Source: a virus
Lineage: Duplodnaviria; Caudoviricetes
DNA: 64,000 nucleotides
Virus record (IMG/VR): IMGVR_UViG_3300033498_000048
Coordinates: 96,001-160,000 of that record
Strand: one strand, 5' to 3'
Part shown: in pieces, positions 55,185 to 64,000 of the stretch
Layout: the number at the start of each line of letters is the position of its first letter
Position numbering within the stretch: position 1 is the stretch's first letter
Notes under the pieces: model-generated
The model's input: the letters and a program-made list of their open reading frames with translations, nothing else
Told to the model about the DNA's origin: nothing
Databases searched by the model: none
Made by a program: the position numbers and the translations under genes

Positions 55185-55753
55185 CAGATGAATTACTCGT
55201 TTCCAATCAAGATGGGATTCAAGTAATTGTACTATCTGGTATTACCGATACCATAACAGAAACTGAAGTTGTTACAAATGCAATCGAATCTACTATTGAA
55301 AGTGGAATTGTTACAATATATGACGATAAACTAACTTACATTGAATCTAAAGATGACCCTCCAACGTTAATTAATACAATTGGTGTTGGTCCACCTGGTC
55401 CACCTGGTCCACCTGGTCCAATTGGAGATGGTGTATTTCCACCACAATATTTCAACATCAATCAGAATACTACCAGTTATATTTTAGATACTTTAGATGT
55501 TTTGAACCATAGAACGTGTAAATGGATAGTCAATATCAGTGACGATTATAATACTAGATTTAGATGCTGTGAAGTTTTAATGTTAAATCACAATTCACAT
55601 TGTTCATTTGTTGTTTATAGTAGTATGGGGAGTCAAATACAACATAAAATTAATATAGAATTAATTGGAAATGACATTAATATGACACTTGATAATTATG
55701 AAAATGTTGATTTGAAAGTTGGTGTTATTAGGATTGGAATGTTATTTGTTTAA
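55181..55753 (+). CDS. Putative structural protein with short collagen-like repeat
   Basis: GPPGPPGPPGPIG, followed by a C-terminal domain shared with 55775..56809. Confidence 0.7.
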   Translation: MTDELLVSNQDGIQVIVLSGITDTITETEVVTNAIESTIESGIVTIYDDKLTYIESKDDPPTLINTIGVGPPGPPGPPGPIGDGVFPPQYFNINQNTTSYILDTLDVLNHRTCKWIVNISDDYNTRFRCCEVLMLNHNSHCSFVVYSSMGSQIQHKINIELIGNDINMTLDNYENVDLKVGVIRIGMLFV

Positions 55754-55774
55754 ATTAAATATATAGGGGTTAAA

Positions 55775-56809
55775 ATGTCACAACAATTATTTGAAGTTGA
55801 ATTGGGTATTGCATTTGGTGGAGCATCCATTATTGCAGATGTTGATTCACCAACTGGAACTGGGTTATCTAGTTCTGTTGGCGTTGGTTCGATATTCCAC
55901 AACACAACATCTGGTGAATTGTGGATTAAAAAAATTGCTGGTTCTGGGCAATTAAACTGGAGTAAAATTGCATTATATAGCGATATTACTAATAGGAGTT
56001 GGCGTGAACCAGTTACGGTTGTTGATAGTACAAGTATTGTAATTCCAGTAGGTGTTGCGACAGAAACCATAACAATTGATGGTGTCGTTATTGATGGTGG
56101 TGCTAGTGTATTATTCAAAAATACAACAATCACAACCAATAGGAACGTATATATCTATGATAAAGTTACGGGTACATTCATTGAAGAACTCAATCAAGAA
56201 ACTGCTGGAGACCAAGTGTTTGTGTTGGAAGGCACAAGTGCAGGTAAATCGTTTGCTTTTAATTCTAATACGAATGAGTGGATCCAAAACGATAGTTCTT
56301 CCTTAGATGAAGAAGGCTATGTTAGAGCATTCGTAGGCAAATCTGGAGTAGGTAATGTATTGCCAACTTATACATCTAATAATTACATCGCAGATGGTGA
56401 TACATTACAAACTGCTATCGGTAAGTTGGATGGTTCAGTTGCAAGTCAAGAAGTTTTGTTAGGTACTGCTAGGTTTGACTCCTTTGAATCTACAGTAACG
56501 ACCCAGAGAGCTATTGATTCTGTATTCACAGAACAAGTTATTGCGTGTAAATGGATATTGTATATCCAAGGCACTTCAACTAATAGGGAACTAATTGAAA
56601 TATTGGCTCTACATAATGGAACTCCAACCTCCAATGCAACTATTGTTCCAGATTATACCAAATATGCAAAATTAAAATTTGGAACAATTACAGACTTAGA
56701 TGTTAGTGTAGGATTAATTGGGACAGGTACAACACAAGAAATGCAACTATTAGTTAGTTCGACTATGCCAGTAGATGTGTGGGCAATTCGAGAAGTTATT
56801 AATTGGTAA
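55775..56809 (+). CDS. Putative virion structural protein (tail fibre/appendage-like)
   Basis: Beta-rich Thr/Ser/Gly composition in a late operon; shares domains with both neighbours. Confidence 0.65.
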   Translation: MSQQLFEVELGIAFGGASIIADVDSPTGTGLSSSVGVGSIFHNTTSGELWIKKIAGSGQLNWSKIALYSDITNRSWREPVTVVDSTSIVIPVGVATETITIDGVVIDGGASVLFKNTTITTNRNVYIYDKVTGTFIEELNQETAGDQVFVLEGTSAGKSFAFNSNTNEWIQNDSSSLDEEGYVRAFVGKSGVGNVLPTYTSNNYIADGDTLQTAIGKLDGSVASQEVLLGTARFDSFESTVTTQRAIDSVFTEQVIACKWILYIQGTSTNRELIEILALHNGTPTSNATIVPDYTKYAKLKFGTITDLDVSVGLIGTGTTQEMQLLVSSTMPVDVWAIREVINW

Positions 56810-56815
56810 AATTGG

Positions 56816-57106
56816 ATGAGTGCATTAACTGATTTTTTTGAAGTTGGTGGTATTGTAATAAATGATATAGTAGCAATAGCTGCTGGAATTAATGACCCAA
56901 CTATCATATTATTAGACCTTCCTGTTGGTTCATTGTACATAAGAACAACTGGTGAATTGTGGACTAAATATGGAGCATTATCAAATGAATGGAAATTGGT
57001 TAATATCACAGATACACAATCATTAGAGGAATTAATTGTGTATAATAATTTAGGAGACCCAGAATTGCTTTTTATGAATGATACAATAGTTAAGGTTAGT
57101 ATATGA
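56816..57106 (+). CDS. Putative structural protein
   Basis: The N-terminal domain resembles that of 55775 (PVGSLYIRTTGELW vs GVGSIFHNTTSGELW). Confidence 0.6.
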   Translation: MSALTDFFEVGGIVINDIVAIAAGINDPTIILLDLPVGSLYIRTTGELWTKYGALSNEWKLVNITDTQSLEELIVYNNLGDPELLFMNDTIVKVSI

Positions 57107-57846
57107 AACACGAAAATGCACCATTAGGACAAATTCACGTTCCATATAATTGGATATTTAATAATGCTACTGCTAGGTTAGCTGTAACATCTTTTTTACA
57201 AACTGATTTAGGTAAACTTGCGTACCAATTAAGTGATAATACACTATGGATTTTAATTGGCACACAAGGTATATGGAAAGATATAGTTGGAACAGTATCA
57301 ATTGTCAGTGGACATTGGCGAGATTTAAATTCAGAAATAGACCCACGAAGTGGTAATACAGCTCCAGCTTGGACAGTATTTAGAAATGGTATTTATTTTT
57401 ATGCGTTTTCACCATCTGCAATGCGTGAGGTATTTTCAAATTTTCACTTCCAGCACGATTATTTGTTGGGAAGTGCAGTATTTGCTCATGTACACTTTTC
57501 TATCAATACACAAGCGTCTGGAGTGGTTAGGTGGGGTATTGAGTACACCATTGCAAGGGGACATCAACAAACAACTGGGTCAACATTTCCAACAACAACG
57601 ACAATATACGCTGAACAAACAATAGTTGGAACAACAGACCAATATAAACATTTTGTATTAGACTTTCCAGGTGTAACTGATTCAAACATTGAACCAGATA
57701 CTATTATGTCATGTAGGTTATTTCGTGATGCAACAAGTGTAAATGATACATATCCAGATATTGTGTTTGGAATTAAATTTGATTTACATTATCAAGTTGA
57801 TGGGTATGCAACTGTAAATAGATTGCCTAATTTTTACACAATATAA
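57103..57846 (+). CDS. Putative structural/tail-fibre-associated protein
   Basis: ATGA coupling in a late operon; beta-rich C-terminal domain. Confidence 0.6.
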   Translation: MKHENAPLGQIHVPYNWIFNNATARLAVTSFLQTDLGKLAYQLSDNTLWILIGTQGIWKDIVGTVSIVSGHWRDLNSEIDPRSGNTAPAWTVFRNGIYFYAFSPSAMREVFSNFHFQHDYLLGSAVFAHVHFSINTQASGVVRWGIEYTIARGHQQTTGSTFPTTTTIYAEQTIVGTTDQYKHFVLDFPGVTDSNIEPDTIMSCRLFRDATSVNDTYPDIVFGIKFDLHYQVDGYATVNRLPNFYTI

Positions 57847-57869
57847 ACAACTCAATTGGAATTTACTAT

Positions 57870-58331
57870 ATGATAACTATTTTCTTTGCACTAAATCACA
57901 CTATTGAATCTAAATTAATAAGATTTAGTACCAATAGTGATTATTCACATTGCGGATTTGTTGATAAAACAAAAAACACAGTTATTGATTCCACTATCGA
58001 ATATGGTGTATCTGAATATCCAATATCGAAAATAATATTGAAGTATGATAAAATAGTTTTCGTGGATTTAACCTGTATATCGTACACTGCAATTAATTAT
58101 GCTAGACAACAACTAGGTAAAAAATTTGATTGGACTGCCATTATTGGAATTAATATGTTCCGCAGAAATTGGCATGAAGAGGATAGGTGGTTTTGCTCAG
58201 AATTGATTACATGGGCGTGTAACAGAGCATTTGTAAATTTCGTGACTAAAAACAATGTATTGCGTGTAACTCCTAATGACGTGTTCAATATATCAACAAC
58301 AATCGGAGGTAAACTTTCAATAATAAAATAA
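57870..58331 (+). CDS. Permuted papain-like NlpC/P60 amidase (YiiX/YebB family)
   Basis: SDYSHCG (His), ARQQLGKKFD and RWFCSEL (Cys) in permuted order. Confidence 0.85.
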   Translation: MITIFFALNHTIESKLIRFSTNSDYSHCGFVDKTKNTVIDSTIEYGVSEYPISKIILKYDKIVFVDLTCISYTAINYARQQLGKKFDWTAIIGINMFRRNWHEEDRWFCSELITWACNRAFVNFVTKNNVLRVTPNDVFNISTTIGGKLSIIK

Positions 58332-58652
58332 TGAAATCTGATTAATCTGGATTAGTTATTATTATTAATACCAATAACCAGATTCCATTAAATGAAAATG
58401 TATATAAAGAAAAAGAAATTTAAAACTAAATGTTAAAGTCACAATAGCAATATACAAGTATCACCGAAGTAATACCAACTTTAAATGTTGAAACAACACA
58501 CAATTAACAATTAACAATCGTTATAAAAATACAGTAGCAATAAACAAAGTGAATAACTGTAAGCAATAACGATATAATTCAATTTTATAGTTTTTGTGAT
58601 ACATTAATTAAAAATCACTTAAATCTCTATATACATATAAACCATTTTACAA

Positions 58653-59216
58653 TTAGATTATTTTATTATCTAAAAGTAATAACTCCAAATCATCTGGAAT
58701 TTGAATTTCAGTGCGATAATTCAATTCTAATAATTCATCTTTCAATTTTTGAATTGCTGTATTCAAACATTGAATCTCTTGTTCAACGTGTGAAATGTCT
58801 TCTGGAAGCAACACAGATGATGTAAAACTACAGTCGTACTTATTAACCGTTTCTGCTGATTTATATCTACCAATGCGTTTATCAATTTCAGTGACTGACA
58901 TCGCAACCGAATCAGTTTTTATTAACTTTAATGTAGCTAACGCTTGTCCACTAGAATTAAGATTCGCTAATATTTTATATATTCCGCTTTCGTAATTTGC
59001 TTGATATACAAGATTGCGTATAGCACCACTCGCAGTGGTTAAGTTAATGCGGGATGTCATATTTTTGAATAACTTATCATTTCCAGCTTCAATCTTTGCT
59101 TCAATAGCAGTTGAATACTCATTAAACTCAACGGTTGTTGGGAGTTGAATAGAATTGATTGTTGCTTGAATTGTGTGTAATATCGCAGATGCTTTTCTTA
59201 AATTAATTTTTTTCAT
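58653..59216 (-). CDS. Conserved large-phage coiled-coil protein
   Basis: INLRKA N-terminus and IQKLKDELLELNYRTEI C-terminus. Confidence 0.7.
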   Translation of the reverse strand: MKKINLRKASAILHTIQATINSIQLPTTVEFNEYSTAIEAKIEAGNDKLFKNMTSRINLTTASGAIRNLVYQANYESGIYKILANLNSSGQALATLKLIKTDSVAMSVTEIDKRIGRYKSAETVNKYDCSFTSSVLLPEDISHVEQEIQCLNTAIQKLKDELLELNYRTEIQIPDDLELLLLDNKII

Positions 59217-59361
59217 TTAGTCCTCTTTAAATTGTATTGTGTATTGATGTCCAAACACGCTTTCAATAATTTGCTTGTTTGGAGCATCAAATGCCTTGAA
59301 TCCAGACTCTTTTTTAACCAAGTATTAAATGAGTGTTCGCCAGCTAACTCAAACCACTTGT

Positions 59362-59640
59362 TTAGTTTCCAATTAAGTCTCCACGTTCATTGCATACCTG
59401 TAAGATTATATGTTCTCCAGTTACACATGAAAACACATCTGAACACTTAGGAGTTTTTTTCAAAAAACAATTGCGACATGGTTCGTATGTTCTTTTGTCT
59501 TGGGTAACTTTAACGTATATATCAGTTGATGTATTTGTTGTACCAGTTGCTTTTATAAGCGAATTAGTAGGTTTTAATATTGTTCCAATTGGAAAGCTTT
59601 TTTGTTTGTTTAAAGCTGGATTTAGGCTTAACTTAATCAC
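59362..59640 (-). CDS. Hypothetical protein
   Basis: CRNC....C...C cluster. Confidence 0.5.
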   Translation of the reverse strand: MIKLSLNPALNKQKSFPIGTILKPTNSLIKATGTTNTSTDIYVKVTQDKRTYEPCRNCFLKKTPKCSDVFSCVTGEHIILQVCNERGDLIGN

Positions 59641-59641
59641 G

Positions 59642-60103
59642 TTATATCTCCATTAAACATTCGATTAATCTGTCCAACTCAGTAACGCTTAGGCTCTCAA
59701 TTGAACTTGTCAAGATTTTACGTTTTTCTTCCAGTTCATTATGTTTATCTCTACTGTTAATATACGCATGATAGCGTCTAAATAGTCTTCTATCATTAAT
59801 CAATTCTTTTCTACGAAATAACAAATACTGTATTTCTTGTGGAAATTGTGCCAATACACCCAACACTTCTGAAAAATTAGATAGCTTAATATCAGATTGT
59901 GCATACCGTTTTATAAGTGTAATTCTTTTATTCAATAAACGATTTAAACTGTTATTCGCATTGTTTAATTCTTTTGGTATTACATCGAATGATTTAGTAT
60001 ATATTTCATATTGTTCAATTATATATGATAATCGTTGTAGTATTGCTGCATTCAATTGTCCAACTCTAATTGGAAGTTTAACTATGTCAAATTTCTTAGC
60101 CAT
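59642..60103 (-). CDS. Hypothetical protein
   Basis: Lies downstream of a TTGACT-17 bp-TACTAT promoter at 60147-60175. Confidence 0.55.
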   Translation of the reverse strand: MAKKFDIVKLPIRVGQLNAAILQRLSYIIEQYEIYTKSFDVIPKELNNANNSLNRLLNKRITLIKRYAQSDIKLSNFSEVLGVLAQFPQEIQYLLFRRKELINDRRLFRRYHAYINSRDKHNELEEKRKILTSSIESLSVTELDRLIECLMEI

Positions 60104-60179
60104 TATCTTTCCTATTCATAATATAACCTCGTTAATCTATATTGGTATAGTAAACTAATTGATTAACGAAGTCAAGCTT

Positions 60180-60782
60180 TTATTCCATAATACCTGCGTA
60201 TATTTTTTGAATACGCATAACGTCCATACAAACATCATGTAACGCATTGTGAGTAACTGCCGTTGGAATACCTAAATCTTTATATCTACCAAATCCATCT
60301 ATCGAACTTTCTAACACGTCAACAAAAGTTCTTACATCCCTCAACATCCAAGTGTTTATTGGCATAGAAATTGTGTTAGCTACATTATCATACAATGATG
60401 TTAATATTGGACCATCAAATGCTATACCCCTAGACCACACAAAACTATTATTGTATGAATATTGTGTAGTTCCAACAAACTTTGAAAACAATCTCAACCC
60501 TTGCTCAACACTAACATCATGCTTTGATGGCTTTGTAATAGACTTAGCCGAATCACCTTGCTTTCTCCACCACTCCATAGTATCAACTTCAACATTCCGT
60601 TTATACTTTTTGATTTGCTCGATTGAATCAAATTTAATATAAAATCCAGATTTAACTAAGTCATCAAATTCACACATTGAATCTAACGTGAATTGGACAC
60701 AAGCTAATGATAAAATAACACTGTTAGGTCTAGTACCCAAAGTTTCCATATCAATTAACAAATGAGTTTTGTTTTGTATCAT
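60180..60782 (-). CDS. dexA: DexA-like 3'-5' exonuclease (DEDDh)
   Basis: LIDMETLG, WSRGIAFD, RDVRT and HNALHDV..D. Confidence 0.85.
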   Translation of the reverse strand: MIQNKTHLLIDMETLGTRPNSVILSLACVQFTLDSMCEFDDLVKSGFYIKFDSIEQIKKYKRNVEVDTMEWWRKQGDSAKSITKPSKHDVSVEQGLRLFSKFVGTTQYSYNNSFVWSRGIAFDGPILTSLYDNVANTISMPINTWMLRDVRTFVDVLESSIDGFGRYKDLGIPTAVTHNALHDVCMDVMRIQKIYAGIME

Positions 60783-60798
60783 ACAACCTCCACATTGA

Positions 60799-60826
60799 AT
60801 TGTTGTGGATATTACTCCACAACAAT
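60799..60826 (-). terminator. 11-bp hairpin downstream of gene 32 (terminator or stabiliser)
   Basis: ATTGTTGTGGA-TATTAC-TCCACAACAAT; no strong U-tract follows. Confidence 0.4.
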
Positions 60827-60837
60827 CATTTAAACTA

Positions 60838-61707
60838 TTAGTTATTTAACATAGACTTAAATCTAGCTAAGTCATCGTCATCGTCAATAGTTGCAGCTTG
60901 TGGTGCTGAAGCTGGTCCATTAAGGTGTGCAGTTTGGTTAAATGCTGTATCTTTTGCAACTACTCCAACTAAACTGTTATATCTAGTTGATAATTCATCG
61001 TATGTTTTAAACTTATCACTTGATGATAATTCAACTAAACCATGCAATTGATGTTCTAACGACTCTAAAAATTGTTCATCAGATGAAAGTGGTTTTGGAG
61101 CATCAAACTTGCTTTTATCATAGTTTCTACGTCCATCAACTTTTCGGATGATTAATCTAAAATTCGCTCCTTCCCATAAATCGAACGGTTCAAACGCATC
61201 TTCACCTAATGCTGGGTCTGGTTTAATTGCATCCTGAATTTTCGCATAAATTTTAACTCCGTAGCGAAAAATGAACACCTTACCTTCATTTTCTGGATGT
61301 TGTGAATCGGAAATAACTAATACATTACTATAATAACTTAGTTTCCGTTTACGGGTTCGGACGATTTGTCGATTTTCTTCAATTCCGGTGTTCCACAATT
61401 CACTATTAGCCTCACACACAGGACACTTATGGTCTTTGCCCAATGTTGTTGGGCAATTTTCGATAAACCATTTTTCACCGATTTTAAACCCGTGATTATA
61501 CAAACTTGTATATGGACTATCTTCATTTGGACATGGAGGTAAAAATCTTATAATACTTGAATGATTACCAGCATTATCTACTTGGGGTTCCCAGATTTTA
61601 TCGTTTTTGAATGAATTACCATTTCCTTGTTCCATTTGGGCTTTTAATGCTGCTAGTCCAGATTTGGATTGGCTTTTCTCTTTCAATTTTTTCAAAAAAT
61701 CACTCAT
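60838..61707 (-). CDS. 32: Single-stranded DNA-binding protein gp32
   Basis: IRFLP, HGFK...WFIENCPTTLG...CPVC, RKRKLSYYSN, EGKVF.FRYG.KI, NYDKSKF and an acidic tail. Confidence 0.95.
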   Translation of the reverse strand: MSDFLKKLKEKSQSKSGLAALKAQMEQGNGNSFKNDKIWEPQVDNAGNHSSIIRFLPPCPNEDSPYTSLYNHGFKIGEKWFIENCPTTLGKDHKCPVCEANSELWNTGIEENRQIVRTRKRKLSYYSNVLVISDSQHPENEGKVFIFRYGVKIYAKIQDAIKPDPALGEDAFEPFDLWEGANFRLIIRKVDGRRNYDKSKFDAPKPLSSDEQFLESLEHQLHGLVELSSSDKFKTYDELSTRYNSLVGVVAKDTAFNQTAHLNGPASAPQAATIDDDDDLARFKSMLNN

Positions 61708-61751
61708 TTAACTTTCCTTTTGTTATTCACTTATCCATAATATACTTTTAA

Positions 61752-62357
61752 TTAACTTAAATTTTCAATGTATTGCTTTATTTTACTACTTTCTACGGTG
61801 AGGAACGGTTTATACTTTTTTAATTTAAATGCAATCTCTGACCACAGTGGGTCAGATTTAGATTGTTCAGTGTATGCTAATCCTTTATCTAAAACCGATA
61901 ATGTTTCATCTGTTATTCCACCGAATATTTCTTGTGATTTTTTAAATATCAAAGGCAATTCACCATTGCTAATGAATAAATCACGCAAAGTAAATTTAGA
62001 ATCATACATAAAATCAGCTAAATTTGCAATATCTTTAGAGATTACATATTCAAGTGATTTTACCCGTCCCATTCTATCAGTGTGGAACATTTTGATTTCA
62101 TCGTCAAAATATATATCACTGATATGACAACTACTATTTAACAAAAACGAACTAATAATCAAATTACATCTATCAATTCTATTTGGATATTTCAAATGTA
62201 ATGATGTAAATAATTTACAATCCCGTCTTTTTAAATATGTTTCAAATGGAATCCTTTTATATACAGAATTGTAATTCCAATTAAAGGATTCCATCGTGAA
62301 ATGTGTTTTAATATAAACATAATCAATATAAGTTTCAAACCCGATTGATATGTCCAT
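61752..62357 (-). CDS. 59: Helicase loader gp59
   Basis: Y...KTHFT...FNW.Y......Y.KRRD..LF, in the T4 gene order 32-59-33. Confidence 0.8.
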   Translation of the reverse strand: MDISIGFETYIDYVYIKTHFTMESFNWNYNSVYKRIPFETYLKRRDCKLFTSLHLKYPNRIDRCNLIISSFLLNSSCHISDIYFDDEIKMFHTDRMGRVKSLEYVISKDIANLADFMYDSKFTLRDLFISNGELPLIFKKSQEIFGGITDETLSVLDKGLAYTEQSKSDPLWSEIAFKLKKYKPFLTVESSKIKQYIENLS

Positions 62358-62358
62358 A

Positions 62359-62580
62359 TTATCTTTTTTTACTAATCAATGTTGGAGTTTTAATAATAAC
62401 ACGATTTGTTTTAATAGCCTCAGCTTTTAATAATTCGATAACGTGTTTGTCTAATATTCCAATAATTGCTTCAACTCTGTCATCTGAACCACAGTATATC
62501 AAAAGTGCATCTATTAAGTCAACACCTTGACTGTCTTTTATATGTGTCAATTCTGTTAATATTCGTTCACTTGCATTCAT
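62359..62580 (-). CDS. 33: Late-transcription coactivator gp33
   Basis: IDALL.YC......I...L...IELLKAEA; size and synteny match gp33. Confidence 0.75.
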   Translation of the reverse strand: MNASERILTELTHIKDSQGVDLIDALLIYCGSDDRVEAIIGILDKHVIELLKAEAIKTNRVIIKTPTLISKKR

Positions 62581-63686
62581 TTACAACTCTCAATATATTT
62601 TACACGGGCATCAAACACTGCCGATTTGATTTTCATTCCATCTTTGAACTGCTTTGCAATTGCCTCAGCATCAACTTTAGATGCCAACTCAATGTCGTTA
62701 ATTAACAATGATAATGAAGTTTTTTTCAAATTGTGGAACACTGCTACTACATCAAATATAACAAGAATGTTTTTATTTGTCAATGCCCTTGTGTTCATAA
62801 TTAAATCTAATCGTTGACTCGTACTCAATAACTCATAATCAAGGATTGTGTTGTAATGTGCTTTAAACAATTTGTTTAGAACTGAATACTCTGTTGGAAT
62901 ACAATGCCTTATATAGTCTAAATCACTCTTAAAGTTTGTTCCAATTGCAATAAATTTAGACACACTGGAATTAGCTTTTTTCAATAATGTTTTTGAGTAC
63001 GCTCTATATATAGACATAGCATCAATATCTAATGCCCCACAATCTTTTAGTGCATCAAACATTTTCCATGTGTATTTTTCACTTAAGCCTTTTTTAATTT
63101 CTAAAAATATTCTTTCTTGACATTGTTTATCAAGTTCAGGAACAACCTTTGACATCAGCTCAATAGTTTCTGGGTGTATTTTAAATCCGTATCTGGCATG
63201 AAACCTTGCTGCTCGCAATACACGCACTGGGTCTTCAGCAAATGCGATTGAAACGTGTTTAATCGTTTTATTTCTCATATCAGCAATACCATTAAATGGG
63301 TCTATTATATTCCCATTCACGTCCATTGCTATAGCATTCATCGTTAAATCTCTGCGTTTTAAATCAGAGATAATACCAACACCAGTTTTATCAACTTGGA
63401 ATCCAGTATAACCGACTCCATTTTTACTTTCTGTTCTGGTCAATGCAACTTCGTTATTGTCAATAAGGAACACTGGAAATGATTTCCCAACCATTTCAAT
63501 ATCAGGAAACAATCTTCTGAACTCAGTTTCTGTTAAATCGACAACAATATCGAAATCGTTAATATCACACTTTAGAATGTGGTCTCTCACACAACCTCCA
63601 ACTAAGAAAGTTTTTTGTGGAACTTTCTCAATTAAAACATTTGGAATTTTACTTAATAACGTTGATGTTTTCATGTCATAATCCAA
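62577..63686 (-). CDS. cca: CCA-adding enzyme/tRNA nucleotidyltransferase (class II)
   Basis: FLVGGCVRD, DFDIVV, VGKSFPVF, DLKRRDLTMNAIA, EDPVRVLRAARF and ERIFLE. Confidence 0.92.
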   Translation of the reverse strand: MDYDMKTSTLLSKIPNVLIEKVPQKTFLVGGCVRDHILKCDINDFDIVVDLTETEFRRLFPDIEMVGKSFPVFLIDNNEVALTRTESKNGVGYTGFQVDKTGVGIISDLKRRDLTMNAIAMDVNGNIIDPFNGIADMRNKTIKHVSIAFAEDPVRVLRAARFHARYGFKIHPETIELMSKVVPELDKQCQERIFLEIKKGLSEKYTWKMFDALKDCGALDIDAMSIYRAYSKTLLKKANSSVSKFIAIGTNFKSDLDYIRHCIPTEYSVLNKLFKAHYNTILDYELLSTSQRLDLIMNTRALTNKNILVIFDVVAVFHNLKKTSLSLLINDIELASKVDAEAIAKQFKDGMKIKSAVFDARVKYIESCK

Positions 63687-63740
63687 CTTTGTTTATTTGA
63701 TTTGCACATTATGCTATAACGATTTCGATTTGTCAAGATA

Positions 63741-64000
63741 TTATTCTATACCATCTTTGGTATATGCTTGATTCCAAGTAAATACTGGACTTGTGAACGT
63801 GGTACTATCATTTTTAAAAAACATACTCAACTGAGAATACATTACACCTCTATCTAACATTGCTACATTAGAATGTTTTTTGTGTGGTAAAATCCTATAA
63901 GAAACAGTTGTTACTCCAGAAAAACCTAATGCCTTAGCTGCACCTTTTGATAAATCAAATTTTCTGTTTCCAACGTATGGTCCTCGGTCATTAATTCGTA
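63741..64000 (-). CDS. rlpA: RlpA-family lytic transglycosylase (C-terminal part, runs off the window end)
   Basis: Hand translation RINDRGPYVGNRKFDLSKGAAKALGFSGVTTVSY matches the RlpA DPBB signature. It is not in the supplied ORF track. Confidence 0.85.
   Translation of the reverse strand, partial: RINDRGPYVGNRKFDLSKGAAKALGFSGVTTVSYRILPHKKHSNVAMLDRGVMYSQLSMFFKNDSTTFTSPVFTWNQAYTKDGIE

Noticed and set aside
1-64000. Alternative genetic code (stop-codon reassignment)
   Set aside because: Core genes translate full-length under the standard code and end with TAA, TAG or TGA. The few broken frames are better explained by indels or decay.

Overview
This window is a 64-kb segment of a large, AT-rich (roughly 30% GC by eye) T4-like myovirus genome. 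It is not bacterial chromosome. T4-type core genes recognisable from motifs are gp32, gp59 and gp33 in T4 order, DexA, topoisomerase II (gp52 and fused gp39/60), baseplate gp5, RNA ligase 1 and dNMP kinase. T4 late promoters (TATAAATA) and consensus sigma70 early promoters are also present. Most of the window is a densely tiled minus-strand run of small accessory genes. These include an RNA/tRNA/translation-maintenance set (two RNA ligases, a PNK kinase domain, CCA-adding enzyme, Thg1, a Pth2-like protein, YqeY, peptide deformylase), four orphan nucleotidyltransferases, class II ribonucleotide reductase and ThyX. A short plus-strand late structural island lies at about 53-58 kb. The most striking unexplained structure is a family of about 25 intergenic ~70-bp elements in 10 loci: ATCAATRRGTTAGCACTT-N30-AAGTGCTAACYYATTGAT. 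They have ~20-bp inverted arms and an almost invariant 30-bp asymmetric core. The clusters abut early promoters, bracket single genes and a tandem duplicated gene cassette, and flank the topoisomerase region. The arms resemble CIRCE half-sites. All functional calls come from motif recognition by eye; no database searches were run.
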